64,000 bases of DNA from Diplonema japonicum (taxonomy: Eukaryota; Protista; Euglenozoa: Diplonemea): assembly GCA_964019335.1 (NCBI GenBank), contig OZ025693.1:248001-312000 (forward strand), in the 5' to 3' direction. Below are positions 33,610 through 46,700 of this stretch, in pieces. The position numbers and the translations under genes were made by a program. The notes under the pieces were generated by a model. It was given only the letters and a program-made list of their open reading frames with translations. It had not been told where the DNA came from and ran no database searches. The stretch's first letter is position 1. Each line of letters begins with the position of its first letter.

Positions 33610-34221
33610 TTAGTGCACGCTGTGGACGGCGTCGTTGGCGAGCCCGCACTTGTTCTCACCCATGACGATGCGGTAGTAGCCCGACTCCCCCCAGCTGGGG
33701 CCCCAGGAGTTCTTGATCTTCCAGTAGTTGACGCCGTTCTCCTCGCCGTAGCCGACAATGAGGACCGCGTGGTCCAGGCTCTCGGGGTTGCACAGCCTGG
33801 GGTTGTCGATACCCTTCTTGTAGTCCTGCATGGGCCCCGCGTTGATCCCGATCGTGATCGGGCCCACCTTCGGGAGCTGCGTCTTGATGTCCCCCTCCTC
33901 CGACGCCTTCTTCGACACCTGGAACCAGCTGCTGATGTTCGCCGCAGTGGGGTACATCCTGTCCGTGTGGCACACCCCGCCGATCCCGAACTCAGATGTG
34001 TAAGGGTACTGCTCCTCGCTCGCGATACCCTTCTTCTTGATGATCCAAGGGAAGGCCCTCTCCTGAAGACCTCCGTCGCACCCTGCGTTGCCCCCTTCCT
34101 TGTCGCACGCCACCAGCTCCTGCTCGCTCAACGACACAAGCTTGTTCCCTCCCAAGAACCATGTCCCTTCGATGTCACCAGTTGTTCCGAAGGTCCAGCA
34201 ACTCCCGCACTGACCTGTGTG

Positions 34222-34256
<35 letters not shown>

Positions 34257-34690
34257 CTATATGTGTGTGTTCCCTCCCTCATACCCTGGTTCTTCACCTT
34301 GGTCACAGCCCCCAGAGGAACCCAATCGAAGTCGGTGCTGTTGTCCCCAATGTTCTTGTGGTGCGGAAACCTCTTGCAAGCGGTGCACTCCCCGTTCCAC
34401 CTCGGGGCATCTTCCTCAGCCTTCTGCTGGGCCCTCCCCAGGTACAGCTGCTTGAACTCCTCGGGGGTGAGGTCACTGAACTTGGTCACCCCGTGTGCAG
34501 GGTTCCCGCTCCCCGCCACCCTCGCCAGAGACTGCTTGAAAACCCCGAACCTCCTCTCCTCCTCCGCAGCAGAGCGGTACACCTTCCCGTACACCTGCTT
34601 GAAGGTGTCGAACTCTGCACGGGCAGCGTCACCGCTGCTTCCCATTGCGAACGCCACACACGGCAGCGCTAGGAGACTGAAGGCCTTCAT
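33610..34690 (-). CDS. Papain-family cysteine peptidase (cathepsin F/L-like), copy 1; 2 exons
   Basis: Signal peptide; prodomain HGVTKFSDLTPEEF; splicing out intron 34215-34284 gives NQGQCGSCWTF; LDHAVLIVGYG and YWKIKNSWG. Confidence 0.93.
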
Positions 34691-34827
34691 TTTCACGGGT
34701 TCCTGGGAAGAAGATGAGATAAGTTCATTCAGGTTGGTTGAGGGGAAAAAAAGAAGGAAAAAGACAACTGTTGAGTGACGAGAGCGTAATAGAATCATAA
34801 AATCCTGATTAAAAAAAAAAAACCCCA

Positions 34828-36006
34828 TCATGGCAACGCCACATGAAACCCACCCAGCACAGGGTCCTTTTTCACCCATTGTTTCGAAAGCTCACAATCC
34901 TTCCACTTTTGCAGACCATCGGGATCATTGTATGCTGCCGCCAGCCCCTTCAAAGCGGTATACGAGGGCTTTGAAAGCTCTGTGAAATCTTTGTAAAGAG
35001 ACGAAGCAATATCAAGGGACAAGTCTGGCAGTGTGGAGATGAAGTCTTTGGAGAAGGACGCTTTCGCAAGTAAGGGTGTTGCACGGCCGGATGAAATTGC
35101 TTTGGCGGTGGCGCCGGCTTTGTACCCTGTGCATGAAACGAAACAGTCCTGGCCGCCCTTCCAGGAAACAGAAGAGTAGCCACACATCACACGGTCGCCT
35201 GCAAGCATTTCCGGGGCGGAGAAAGCATAGGCTTGATCCGTGGCCGAAACAGAGATGGTTTCCTTCGATCCTCGTCGGAGGGCTGCTTGCACGCTTGGAC
35301 CGTCGAACACGCCGCCGATGACAATGCTCTGCAGCTTTATAGGGTGAAGCAGGCTTCCCAGCAAGGTCCCTTGCACACCGACTACGTTCCATTTTGCGAT
35401 TTTATCACTGCAGGACATTGAGATCGAAGCTTGTCCTCGGCCCGGTTTGTTGCGTGTTACCCCTGGTGTGGAGTCACCGTTGTCCAGGAAGATATATGTT
35501 GAGACTGTTTGCGGAGGGGGGGAGGCGATGTTGATGGGCGGGGGTGACGTGAGTCGAGCGACCCTTCTCGCCCCTGTTTCGATTTTCTTTTCGGTTTTCC
35601 GGCGTTTGGCCACGGGTTCAGATTCTTTGTCTCGCGTTATGCAGCAATCACCGCATGGAGTCTGCGATACATATAAACACAAGGGGTCTTTTAGTCTTAA
35701 TTTCCCGTTTTCTGCAACCAATACAGATGTTTCAGAATCTTTCTTCCATTTCTTAACTTCTTCAAGTAGGTACCTCATGAAGCCCCTTCTGCACACCACC
35801 TCTGCGTGGCCATCTACCACGGCGGTGCCGTTTAATGGGATCTTCCCGCCACTTACGCACCCGCTTCCTGAGCCTACGGCCACTACCTCGCCACCTATCA
35901 GCATCCCTGCTATTATTGTCTTTTCCTTTCCCTGCGGCTTTCCCTTCGCCGGCATCTTCTCGACATAGCTCAGCACTTTCCTTGCTACTTCGTTGGGGTC
36001 GTCCAT
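34828..36006 (-). CDS. ADAT1: tRNA-specific adenosine deaminase 1 (ADAT1/Tad1-like)
   Basis: DGHAEV, PCGD and SMSCSDKIAKWNVVGVQG; no dsRBD visible. Confidence 0.85.
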   Translation of the reverse strand: MDDPNEVARKVLSYVEKMPAKGKPQGKEKTIIAGMLIGGEVVAVGSGSGCVSGGKIPLNGTAVVDGHAEVVCRRGFMRYLLEEVKKWKKDSETSVLVAENGKLRLKDPLCLYVSQTPCGDCCITRDKESEPVAKRRKTEKKIETGARRVARLTSPPPINIASPPPQTVSTYIFLDNGDSTPGVTRNKPGRGQASISMSCSDKIAKWNVVGVQGTLLGSLLHPIKLQSIVIGGVFDGPSVQAALRRGSKETISVSATDQAYAFSAPEMLAGDRVMCGYSSVSWKGGQDCFVSCTGYKAGATAKAISSGRATPLLAKASFSKDFISTLPDLSLDIASSLYKDFTELSKPSYTALKGLAAAYNDPDGLQKWKDCELSKQWVKKDPVLGGFHVALP

Positions 36007-36083
36007 CTTTTTTTTTTTTTTTGCCCCTCTCCCTCTTTTGTGAAGTAAGATTTCGAGGAAAAAAAAAAAGAACAAAAAAATAT

Positions 36084-37670
36084 GGCATCGTTTCAAAAAA
36101 AAACCCCCCCCCAAAAAATGAGGCCAATTGACACTTTCAATATTTCTCTAAGTACTTTTTCCCAAAGAAAAAAAATTCTACAACTTTCCCGGCCCAGGTT
36201 AGGAAAGAAAACACCCCAGAAAATGGGAAAGTGAGTGTTACTAGTACCCAGAAAATTCAGTCCTAGGGGCAAAAATGGGTTTTTTCACTTTGCACAAATT
36301 CAGTAAAAGAGGGGGTGACAAAAATGGATGCTTTTAAACTTGCTGTTGAGAAGCTAGGGGTAAAAAAAAATGGTATTCGGACCGAGAAAGGGTAAATGGG
36401 AACACCACGGCGATCAGGACACTCGCCACAGAGGTTTTTGAGAAGCTCAGTGGCAACGACTGTGCTGCACTAGTTTGTGACGTAGTGTGTAAAGGGGAAC
36501 TTCTAGCGGCACTTCTGCTATCATTTTCTGGTTGATTTAGTAGCCAACAAGACACCACACGGCGCCAATTGGTCAGAGGCATGAGGCTTGACCACATCAC
36601 ACATGATGAAATAAGGGCAGCTGGCTTACTGTTGGAAAAGTCTTGTTCCACAGTAGCATGGGCACAGAAAAAAATAAAGAAAAAAATGGAGTGGATACTC
36701 TGGACTGACGGTGGGCGTCACTTTCGTGCAAAGGGATTTTGCTACTTTGTTCTTTTTGGTCTTCGTTATGTATATCCCGATCGGACGTTTTCCCTGTGGT
36801 TTCTGGGGGAGAAACACGGCAAAAACAACAGGGACAGCCACTTTGGTGTGCTCTCTCGTGTTTGGTTTTGGGTGCCTCGTTCCACAACAATTAAAACTGT
36901 GGAACAAATAGCTAACATCACCAATACGATACGGTGCGCCGTGCATGTAGTTACTGATGTCTTTGGCCCGTACAAAAAGAAAATTCTTGAGTTTCCGGAT
37001 TTTACAGGTGCATATGAGCTCAGGAGCACACCGGAGGGTGTATTGCTACGTGCGCGTCCACGAGCTAGAAGGAACTAAAGTACATCATCAAAGAACTCGC
37101 TGCAGACAGGGCAGAGAAAAGGCCCCCAGTCTAAGAATCTTGTGATGAGTATGAGGACGTTCCTGATAGCCTTCCCGGACTTGAAAAACGAGAAAGAATA
37201 GTAACCAAATTACAAAAATACTCGACACGCCATGACAAGCCCAAAGCACCAAGTACACCTACGAATGAGCCTCTTAAAACCCCCCAAAATGCGGTAGAAG
37301 GCCTAATAGTATGAAAAAGAAACGAGGTCGCCCACTCAGCAGCAGCACATCTCAGCCGCAGAAGACTAGGAAATGAAGGTTTCCACTTCCAACATCATTT
37401 CAGCCACCTTCTAGCAGTGAGTTCCGCTATTTCTTGCTATTGAAAGCATACTCTCTGACTTTACCAAAACCACTAAAACCGATTTTTACCCTAAGACTGA
37501 ATTTTTCATAGGTCAAAATAGCACCCTTGAGCGATTTCTGACCCGGGTTCTTTCTTAATATGGGCCGGGAAATATGGAGAATTTTTTTAAAGGGGGCGGC
37601 ATGCCCAAAGATGCAACGAAAGTGTCAATTGGCCTCATTTTTTTTGGGGGGGGGTTTTTGAAATCGACCC
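36084..37670. mobile_element. Decayed Sola-like DNA transposon with long imperfect TIRs and candidate 4-bp ATAT TSD
   Basis: TGAGGCCAATTGACACTTTC (~36119) is inverted at ~37618-37637, with further mirrored blocks over ~200 bp. ATAT at 36080-36083 and 37671-37674. Confidence 0.8.
36569..37078 (+). pseudogene. DDE transposase fragment (Sola2-like)
   Basis: WTDGGRHFR and EKHGKNNRDSHFG resemble Sola-type catalytic Asp motifs; the ORF is truncated and lies inside the TIRs. Confidence 0.65.
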
Positions 37671-37996
37671 ATATAGAAAAATAGACGTCAGTTTTCTTTA
37701 TTTGTTACCTCCTTTTTTTTTTTTTCTTTTAGACAGAAATGGGGGTTATCCGCGCAAAGGAAAGAAGAAAACGTAAAGACAAACGAATGCGATCACATTG
37801 CACGGGACGGTGCCACGGGCATGTGGAGGAGGAGGGGAAGGGGGGGGGCAAAGGTTTTTGTTGCACACGTTTTGTTGCAACCATCACAAGTCCATGTGTG
37901 CGAACATGTGATGCTTCCAACGAAATTACACCTTTGAAACAAAACGAGGAAAAGAAAACAAGATTCTCTTATAAAAAGAATAAAACAAAAGCACTC

Positions 37997-38608
37997 TTAG
38001 TGCACGCTGTGGACGGCGTCGTTGGCGAGCCCGCACTTGTTCTCACCCATGACGATGCGGTAGTAGCCCGACTCCCCCCAGCTGGGGCCCCAGGAGTTCT
38101 TGATCTTCCAGTAGTTGACGCCGTTCTCCTCGCCGTAGCCGACAATGAGGACCGCGTGGTCCAGGCTCTCGGGGTTGCACAGCCTGGGGTTGTCGATACC
38201 CTTCTTGTAGTCCTGCATGGGCCCCGCGTTGATCCCGATCGTGATCGGGCCCACCTTCGGGAGCTGCGTCTTGATGTCCCCCTCCTCCGACGCCTTCTTC
38301 GACACCTGGAACCAGCTGCTGATGTTCGCCGCAGTGGGGTACATCCTGTCCGTGTGGCACACCCCGCCGATCCCGAACTCAGATGTGTAAGGGTACTGCT
38401 CCTCGCTCGCGATACCCTTCTTCTTGATGATCCAAGGGAAGGCCCTCTCCTGAAGACCTCCGTCGCACCCTGCGTTGCCCCCTTCCTTGTCGCACGCCAC
38501 CAGCTCCTGCTCGCTCAACGACACAAGCTTGTTCCCTCCCAAGAACCATGTCCCTTCGATGTCACCAGTTGTTCCGAAGGTCCAGCAACTCCCGCACTGA
38601 CCTGTGTG

Positions 38609-38643
<35 letters not shown>

Positions 38644-39077
38644 CTATATGTGTGTGTTCCCTCCCTCATACCCTGGTTCTTCACCTTGGTCACAGCCCCC
38701 AGAGGAACCCAATCGAAGTCGGTGCTGTTGTCCCCAATGTTCTTGTGGTGCGGAAACCTCTTGCAAGCGGTGCACTCCCCGTTCCACCTCGGGGCATCTT
38801 CCTCAGCCTTCTGCTGGGCCCTCCCCAGGTACAGCTGCTTGAACTCCTCGGGGGTGAGGTCACTGAACTTGGTCACCCCGTGTGCAGGGTTCCCGCTCCC
38901 CGCCACCCTCGCCAGAGACTGCTTGAAAACCCCGAACCTCCTCTCCTCCTCCGCAGCAGAGCGGTACACCTTCCCGTACACCTGCTTGAAGGTGTCGAAC
39001 TCTGCACGGGCAGCGTCACCGCTGCTTCCCATTGCGAACGCCACACACGGCAGCGCTAGGAGACTGAAGGCCTTCAT
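37997..39077 (-). CDS. Papain-family cysteine peptidase (cathepsin F/L-like), copy 2; intron 38602-38671
   Basis: Appears identical to 33610-34690 (offset 4387), including the intron. Confidence 0.93.
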
Positions 39078-39443
39078 TTTCACGGGTTCCTGGGAAGAAG
39101 ATGAGATAAGTTCATTCAGGTTGGTTGAGGGGAAAAAGAAGAAACAAAAAAAAGACAACTGTTGAATGACAAGAGCGTAATAGAATCCACATTGGAAGAT
39201 AAAGAGAAAACGGATGCCTTGATAGATAGCCCCCACCCGTGGCAGGGGCCTTCCCTCTGCATGCTGTTTTCTACGTTTAAAGAAGTTGTCCGGAGGGTGG
39301 TAGGGGAGAAAGGGGAAGGGGGGCGTGTTGGTGGTGGAGAGAAGTGATGAAATGAAGAAAAGAAAAGGAACTGAAATATCAGTTCCCTTTCGTTAGATCT
39401 TCTACCCGCTCCCCCTCATCCTCTTCCTTTTTGAGGGTAAAAC

Positions 39444-40559
39444 CTACTGGGCGAGGGCGAAACCGACACGGGCGTTGGTGACGTCGAACTCGAGATAGTA
39501 CTTCCTCATGAAGATGTCACCGAAGATCCAGACGGGGCCCATCGGGGGGGGCACGTCGATCCCCATGAAGCCGCTGAGGCAGGTGGTCTGGGCACCCTGC
39601 TGGATCTTCATGATGTAGTCGTCCTGCTTCAGGGTGAAGGTGTTCCCGAGCATGGTGAGGGTGAGGTCCGGGAGGGAGTTCTCCTTGGGGCAGGTGGTGT
39701 ACTGGCACTCACCGGTGGGGCCCTCGTTGCAGCCGAGCTGCGAGTTGATCTTCTTCGCCACCTCCTTCGGGAAGGCGAGCAGGCTCGTCCCGGAGTCCAT
39801 CACCGCGTGCACGTTCTTCCCGATGGACTGCCCGTTGAAGGACACGTCGTCACCGTTCAGCTGCCAGTAGCCCTTCTTCGCTACGGGGACGTACACGAAG
39901 GGGGTGCTGTGGTGAGCAGGGTTAGTCCCCCCGATCGTGAGCTCCCCGACGTGGCTCCCGTCGTTCGTGAGGTAGAAGGCGAAGCTCCCGGTCGACACCT
40001 TGTGCTGCTGCATGAGCGCGAAGAAGGGGGGCGTCACACCGTCCACCGCGATGTTGGGCCACCCCATCCCGCAGATCCCGTCGAAGTGCGCCACGTCCCA
40101 GGTGATCCCAGGCATCTTCGTCGCCTCCCCGAAGTTCAGCGTCACGTTCACCCCCGCAAGCCCCAGCACGTCCCTGTCGATGATCCCCTCAAGGGCCCCG
40201 CTCCCGTACTGGATCGAGAACTTCGTCCCGTTCGCGACGTACGTCGCCGACTTCTCCGAGTGGTACCTGTTGTCCCCCGTCACCTTCGGCTCCGGTCCCG
40301 GCACCCACAGGTTCGAGCTCCCCGTGTCGAAGATCACCTTGAAGTGCTGCGGGGGGGTCCCCAGCGTCAGGGGCCCGTAGTACTGCGCGTTCTCAAAGTC
40401 CGTGATGGGGACAGACGGCACAGCCGCACCGTACTTCGCGCTCAGCACAGCGTGGTCCGCCGCAAGCGACTTCTGCCCAGCAGTCTTCGCGAGAGGGATG
40501 TTCATGACCGCAGAGGCGGACACAGCACCCAGCACAAGGCACAAGGCACGCGAGCTCAT
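39444..40559 (-). CDS. Aspartic protease (cathepsin D/pepsin family)
   Basis: Signal peptide; QYYG, FDTGSSNLW, MDSGTS and WIFGDIF. Confidence 0.95.
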   Translation of the reverse strand: MSSRALCLVLGAVSASAVMNIPLAKTAGQKSLAADHAVLSAKYGAAVPSVPITDFENAQYYGPLTLGTPPQHFKVIFDTGSSNLWVPGPEPKVTGDNRYHSEKSATYVANGTKFSIQYGSGALEGIIDRDVLGLAGVNVTLNFGEATKMPGITWDVAHFDGICGMGWPNIAVDGVTPPFFALMQQHKVSTGSFAFYLTNDGSHVGELTIGGTNPAHHSTPFVYVPVAKKGYWQLNGDDVSFNGQSIGKNVHAVMDSGTSLLAFPKEVAKKINSQLGCNEGPTGECQYTTCPKENSLPDLTLTMLGNTFTLKQDDYIMKIQQGAQTTCLSGFMGIDVPPPMGPVWIFGDIFMRKYYLEFDVTNARVGFALAQ

Positions 40560-40760
40560 TGTTGATAGCTTATTCCTGTGATGGATTGGGAGCACAACTT
40601 CTGGGCAAAGAAAATGGAAAGGATGTTGTCATCTCTCGTTGATTCTCTCAATAAAAGAAAGGGATTTTTCCTTATGTTTTCCCTCTTTTTTTATAAAAAA
40701 AAATTACAATTCTTGTCTCAGTGTTGTTAAAAAAAAGGGGGGGGGGGTGAGGAAACCGCA

Positions 40761-43700
40761 TCACACTATAATTCTCGCCTCGCGCCTCCAGTGTCGTTTT
40801 CGGAAGGAGCTAGTTGGCTGCACCTCCACGTTGTACGCACTGTCAAAGTAGTCAGCATACCACCTAGGTTTTGTTTCCCCTTTCTTCCCTCTAAAATTGC
40901 AAGCATACCATCCGTGATCGTCCCCGCCTTCTGTTTCCCACTCCGAGCACCACTTGTACCCTACGGGGGGCTTTATAACGGTCTTCACAGGTTTCTTTTC
41001 TCTTCCGCTTTTGTCGCTCCACTTCCAGCAGTCCATCAAGCCCAGGTCGGAAGACCACCCCGTCCCATGAAGGTACTTTTGATTCTCGGTTACCTCTATG
41101 AGCGACAGGGAAACGGGGCCTGGTTTAGCAGACCGGGGCGAGACGTCGGATTTCTGTTTGAGGCGGTTGGCCAGCTTGGCTGCGACTCTTCGCTCCTATT
41201 TGGTTTTTTTTTTTTTTTTTTCCCTCTCTTTTTTCTTTTCCCATACCAGCGCGATAAAACTCGATTTCGTCCCCGAGCGTGGTGAAGTTTCAGTAATCGG
41301 TTCATCAACTGCATCTGCAGCAGGCCGCATGGCACGCAGCCAGCGCCGCCTCCTTACGAAGTCCAGCTCATGGCGATGTTTGTGGAACGCGCTTTTAAAA
41401 TCGACGGCATAAAGCCACCCGTCCTTGCCACCATTCGTTGCGTCCGTCGTCCAAGAGCTGGCCCAGACCATTCCCTTAGGGAGCTGAATTCTGGACTTCG
41501 GTTCGGTTTTCTTGCCGCGTTGGTCGGACCAGTTGGTGCGATCGACAAAGGGAAGCATTCCATTAGACCACCCGACCCCTATGTACCATCGTTGGTTCTC
41601 ATAAGTCTCTTTCCACACGATCCCTGCAGACTGCCGCTCTGGGTCGTAGTACTTCGGGTCGCGCACCCTTGCTAGCGATGACTTCAGCATCACTGTTTTT
41701 TCGATCAGTGACGCCGCGTCTGAAACCCCATTCAGAACCCCACTGACGGGCTTTGCAACTGCACCCACCAACCCTTGCCCTGCACCTTTTAGCCCACCCA
41801 TGGCACCGCCATGCAAGGCACCGACTATGGGGTCCTTTAGCAGGCCAACAACCCCGTCAAAAACACCCTTCACCGCCGTCTCCAAAGGATTGTTCTTCTC
41901 GGCCTTTGCATCGACCGCCCGACGTGTTCTCCAGTCCTGGTCAGCCACTGATTCAATGGCCCGTGCGGAGCCCCTTGTCACCCCTGCCACCGTCCCGAAG
42001 ATCCCGCCCACTGATTTTCCAACAAGGGATCCTGTACCCTTCAGTATCCCGGTTCCGAACTCTACTGGAGACCGTGACAGTCCCATTGCGGGTAGGACCA
42101 CGAAGTCGCGGACGCCAGTTGTGATGTTTGAGAACAGCCCCAACGGGTTCCCAATGGCTTGGATGCGGCCCACCATGCCTGCGAGATTGTGAGAGGCTTC
42201 GAATTGCCGTGCGTAGTTCGTGGCCAACCTATGCAGCAGCATTCCAACATTGTCCCTCCCATGGTTCACGGCCACCTTGTCGAGCGTTACCTCGCTGTCC
42301 TTCACGCTGGGAAGTGCCAAAGCGAGGTTCCCCAAGCCCAGGCCATCGCGGTAAGGGTCTCTTCCTTCCTTCAGCCTGTCTACTGTTAGCGTGAAGTGGA
42401 TCTCACCAAATGTTAGAGCATCGAAGTAGATGCGTCTTGCAAGGATGCCGGATTCCACCACACACTTTTCCGTGTAGTGCTCTGTGGAGTAGCATGTTGC
42501 CTGCGCGTACCTCAGCCCCAACGCCACGTTGACCTCTCTTCTGAACTCGAAGAACTCCCACAGGAACCTGTCGCCGATGGAAACCTTGATTGGGTCGACC
42601 TCGAGGCCCACATGCTGGTAGTGCAGCAGGTTGGAGTTGTTCAGTCTGCGGAGCGATGTGAAGTGCAATGCTGGCCTGTCTTCTTTGTTGTCAAGAATGG
42701 ACACGACAACGGGGAACAGCGGCTGCGACTCGCTCATATCGTCCAGCTGTAAGCGTTGCAGGTTGAGCTGTATCATCTCTTGACCGTTGCCACGGTATAC
42801 TTGTGTGAACAGCCCGTGTAGGGTGAGGCAAGCCACTTCACGACGCTCCTCTTGTCTGACCAATGACACTGACAAATGTTTCACATCTATCTTTGTATTC
42901 AGCACGCTGATGTCCGACTGCGATGCAGCAAGCTTCAACACCTGCTCGCCCATGAGGGGATCTGTGTACGCGATTAGCTCCAGGACACGATCGTCCTTTG
43001 TAGGGCTCAAATGGCAGTATACATCAGAGGCAGGAAGCGACACCACTGCCTCCTGACGCCCACCCAGACCAAACACATCTATCGGTGCAGTCACCACGCC
43101 GCCCGCCTCAAACTGTATCGTTTGCTTCCCTGACACATCCTCCCAGCACAACGGTGCTGTTTCCCTCTGCTTCACATCCACTGCCGTGCCCTCATGGCCC
43201 GTTTGCCAGAATTTCAAAATGTACGGTGTTCTGTTCACAACCAAGAAGGGCGCGATCGTGGGCACGATCAACACGTACAGCGTTGTGTCCTCCTTGATCG
43301 ACACTCTGATGTGTACTTTCTTCCCATCCTTCTGCACCACGTGCAGCACCACATCTCCCACTTGGTTCAAACACACGCTGCAGCTCTTCTCTGCCCCAGC
43401 ACCGAAGCAAACAAACTGGCTTAAAACCCCTGTCTGTTGGCTATGATACGGAACAGGGGTATTTGGGGGCAGCTCCACAACGCCTGAGGAGGAGATCAAG
43501 TCCATGGAGAACGACGTTTTGTTGAAGATGACCCACCTTGGGAGAAGCTCCACTACGCGTGTGCGGTAGCCCTGCTCGCCTCTTGAGAAAGCTGTTCTGT
43601 ACGCTATGGCCAGCGAGTGGCCCTCCTTCTGTGGGTCGGTGAGGTATGCTAAGCCTTCGGCTCCAAGAATGTGCAACTGCAGCTCCTCCGACACAGCATC

Positions 43701-46700
43701 GGTGCCTGTGATCTGTAGCGTTACTTCGAGTTTCTGTTCACCCAACAGACGAGGCGACACCAGGACCGGCGAGTCAGCCTTGCCGGGAAGCTCCACCGAA
43801 GCACCGCAGCAGTCGAGTGTGAGGTTGAAGAGAGTGTGGTTCACGATCCAGAAGCGGGAGGTGAGATGGGCCTCCCTCCTTGAGAGGTACGTAGTGTCAA
43901 CCCAGACAGGGAGGACGTTGCTGGTTTCACCCAGTAGTCTTGTGTTGATCACGTGGTGTTCGGTTCTGTCGCGCGTCTTAATGCACGTGCGTTCAGTACT
44001 AGCAAGATTCTCGCCTCCCGGCTGGACGAATGACGTGGACATGTACAGCGACTGCGTAGGATCTACGGTGGTGAGATGCACGGCTTGCGAGGTTTCAAGA
44101 AGGGTACTGGCAAGTGCAGCCCCTGCTGTGTCCGAATAGAACTCCACGCTCATCGCACGCCCGGTAAGGTTGGTGACAGAGAACGGGGGGCAAATCTTCA
44201 GCTCCGTCCTATCGGTGACGTCGTCCCTGTCGACAGTGACGACGAAGTAGTTGTCTGCGTCAGGTGCTAACAGCGGGACCTCAATCGAGCCACCTCTCGT
44301 CAAGCAGCTGTGCACGAGCTCGCTATACGGCAGGGATGGGATGGCTGCCTCCGTAGTGTTGGGGTCGTGGTACACCTTCATCTTCTTATCGAGCATGTGG
44401 TCCGGGACAGAGAGGCAGCCCCCACTGGGCAAAGTTCCCAGCTCGCCCAAAACGACAGGTATCTGAAGGGCGTTGTGCACTGAGACGGACGTCTTGACGG
44501 AGATCACTTTTACGCCGCCGTCAAGTTTGAGATCTGCCACAACACCGCAGGATAGCACAGACAAGCCCAGCCTCGAGGTGTTGATAGTGTACACAACGTC
44601 GTCGTACGGCGTGGAAATGCCGATGGAAGAGGCACTCATGGAAGACGCCTTGCCCATGGCGTCGATGGTGGAGGTCAGGCCCTTCTTGCCTTGGGTGTAC
44701 TGGATGGCACATGGCAGGGTGTTGTCGATTCTGGTAGGATACTTCTGCTGCGGGTCAGCGCTGAAGGAGGAGGTGTCCGTGGTAGGGCACTGCAATAACT
44801 CGCTGTGCTTGGTAGTGTCCCACAATGAAACCGCCCGCTTCACACTCTGCAAGTACGACGCAGACATGACCAGGTCAAGACCTCTTGCAGCTGTGATAGT
44901 GACCTTTGCAGATGCCTCTTCAACGAAGTTGTAGTCGATGCCTACTGGTGCTTCGTCAAGGACGGGCTCCCATTCACATCCATGTTGGTTATAGTGGTTA
45001 ACAAGAATGTGGAAAGACGTCCTGAGGTGGAACACAGCAAAGTTGAAGGCAATATCGCGTATTTTTACCTCGAACAGCGGCAGGTTGACGTCGTTCTGCG
45101 AGTCGTCAATGATGCACACACCTACCACAGGCACCTGCACCTCCATCTCGATGTTCTTTCGTCGCCGTGCCTTCACAAAAGGCCTCGTGGTGCTGCCAGC
45201 GCCAAGCGCTGCAATGATCCTTGCGATGAACACCATGTCGCTGTGGGCCACGCGCACCGATATGTTCGAACTGATAATTTCGATGGCTGAAACTGCGGCT
45301 TTGCCCTTGATAAACGCATCGAGACGGAGCCTCTCTACAAGGTACGCGCTGTTGTCTTCTCTCGAGACTTCGAGTTTAGATATCATGACGCTCCCGAAGG
45401 TCTGCAGAGTGCTGCCATCCACGGCTTGCCGCTTGCTCCCATCGCCATGCAAGTCTACCGCAAGCATCAATCCCCTGTCACCGTCTGAGAGCTTGCCCCT
45501 CAGAGTGAGGTCCGTCGTTAGCTTCACAACTCGCCCACTGCGCTGTGTTAACTCATCGCTCACATCCTCTTCCTTCTCTTGCTTCGGATTTTCGTACACT
45601 TCAAATTTGTTTCTCAAAGGATCGGCCATCAGCCCTGCAGACGGGCCGCCCAAGCTTACATACTCGTGCAGCGAGGATTCATGAGATAACTTGAAGACGC
45701 ATTGCAGCACAACAAGCACGACACCATCCTCTATGTGGATTGGCTGCCTCTTCTTGTCCTGCATCTTGACAAGGTTCACGTTGTACCCGCCACCTTTGAT
45801 TGTGACGGTGTTCTTGTCGGACTTGATCAAGAGCATGGTGTGTTCGCCTAGCTCCAGGTCAGACGTCAGCGTTGTATTGTCTGAAATGGTGATGATAGTG
45901 ACCTGCTTCATGTTGGCAGGCAGGCCGCGTGAAACACGTTCGAAGGGCGCTATCACGAAGTCGGTGACATTCAACCACGTTGACGGGCTGATCGAGAAGT
46001 TCGCCGCTGCTGCGAGTTGCACATTGGTGACAGTTTCACCGACCGCATGTGCCGTTTTCGTTGTGGCGACTAAGCTGCTCGCGTGCAGCATCTCATCAGG
46101 AGCGTCACCTTCGATCCCTCCAGTAGTTGTTACCATGTTCACTTCGAACCTGCCTTCCGTGGCCATCGAGTCCCAACACCCGCTGACACCATGCGCACTC
46201 GACCTCAGTATCAACGGAGGCGAAAGGTCGACAGGTACAGCAACCGTGACAGATACAACAGGGCACTTGAAGGAGCATTTGAAGGACAGAGGTGTCTCGT
46301 CGTTGACGGGTTGTTGTACTGCTTGTGGTTTCCCCCATTTCCCCGGTACTTGCAGGAAGTTGTGACTTAAGATGGTCACGCACTCTTGCCACACGTCTTG
46401 AGAGAGTTTTACCGCCATGGGGCTGATGTCGGTGGTTGCTTCGATCGATGAGTGGTAGATATTCCTCTTTCCTGACCCACGTGCATGAAGAGGTGACTCT
46501 AGCATGTGGACTTCGTCCCCGTTCATAGCGCACGAAATGAGGCAGTCGTCCACGGCAGCCACAAGGCAGTCTCCCTCATCCTCAAGGTGGTTCTCGAGGG
46601 TCATGAGCCCGAGGTCGATGGTGAGGTGCGACGTGGCGTCGGGCCTATTCGGAATGATGAGCACAGGGTGCTCGACACGCAGCGAGAGGCACATCGCAGA

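Noticed and set aside
39367-39386. Perfect 8-bp hairpin resembling a rho-independent terminator
   Set aside because: Eukaryotic context and a single short stem; it may be a 3'UTR element but is unsupported.
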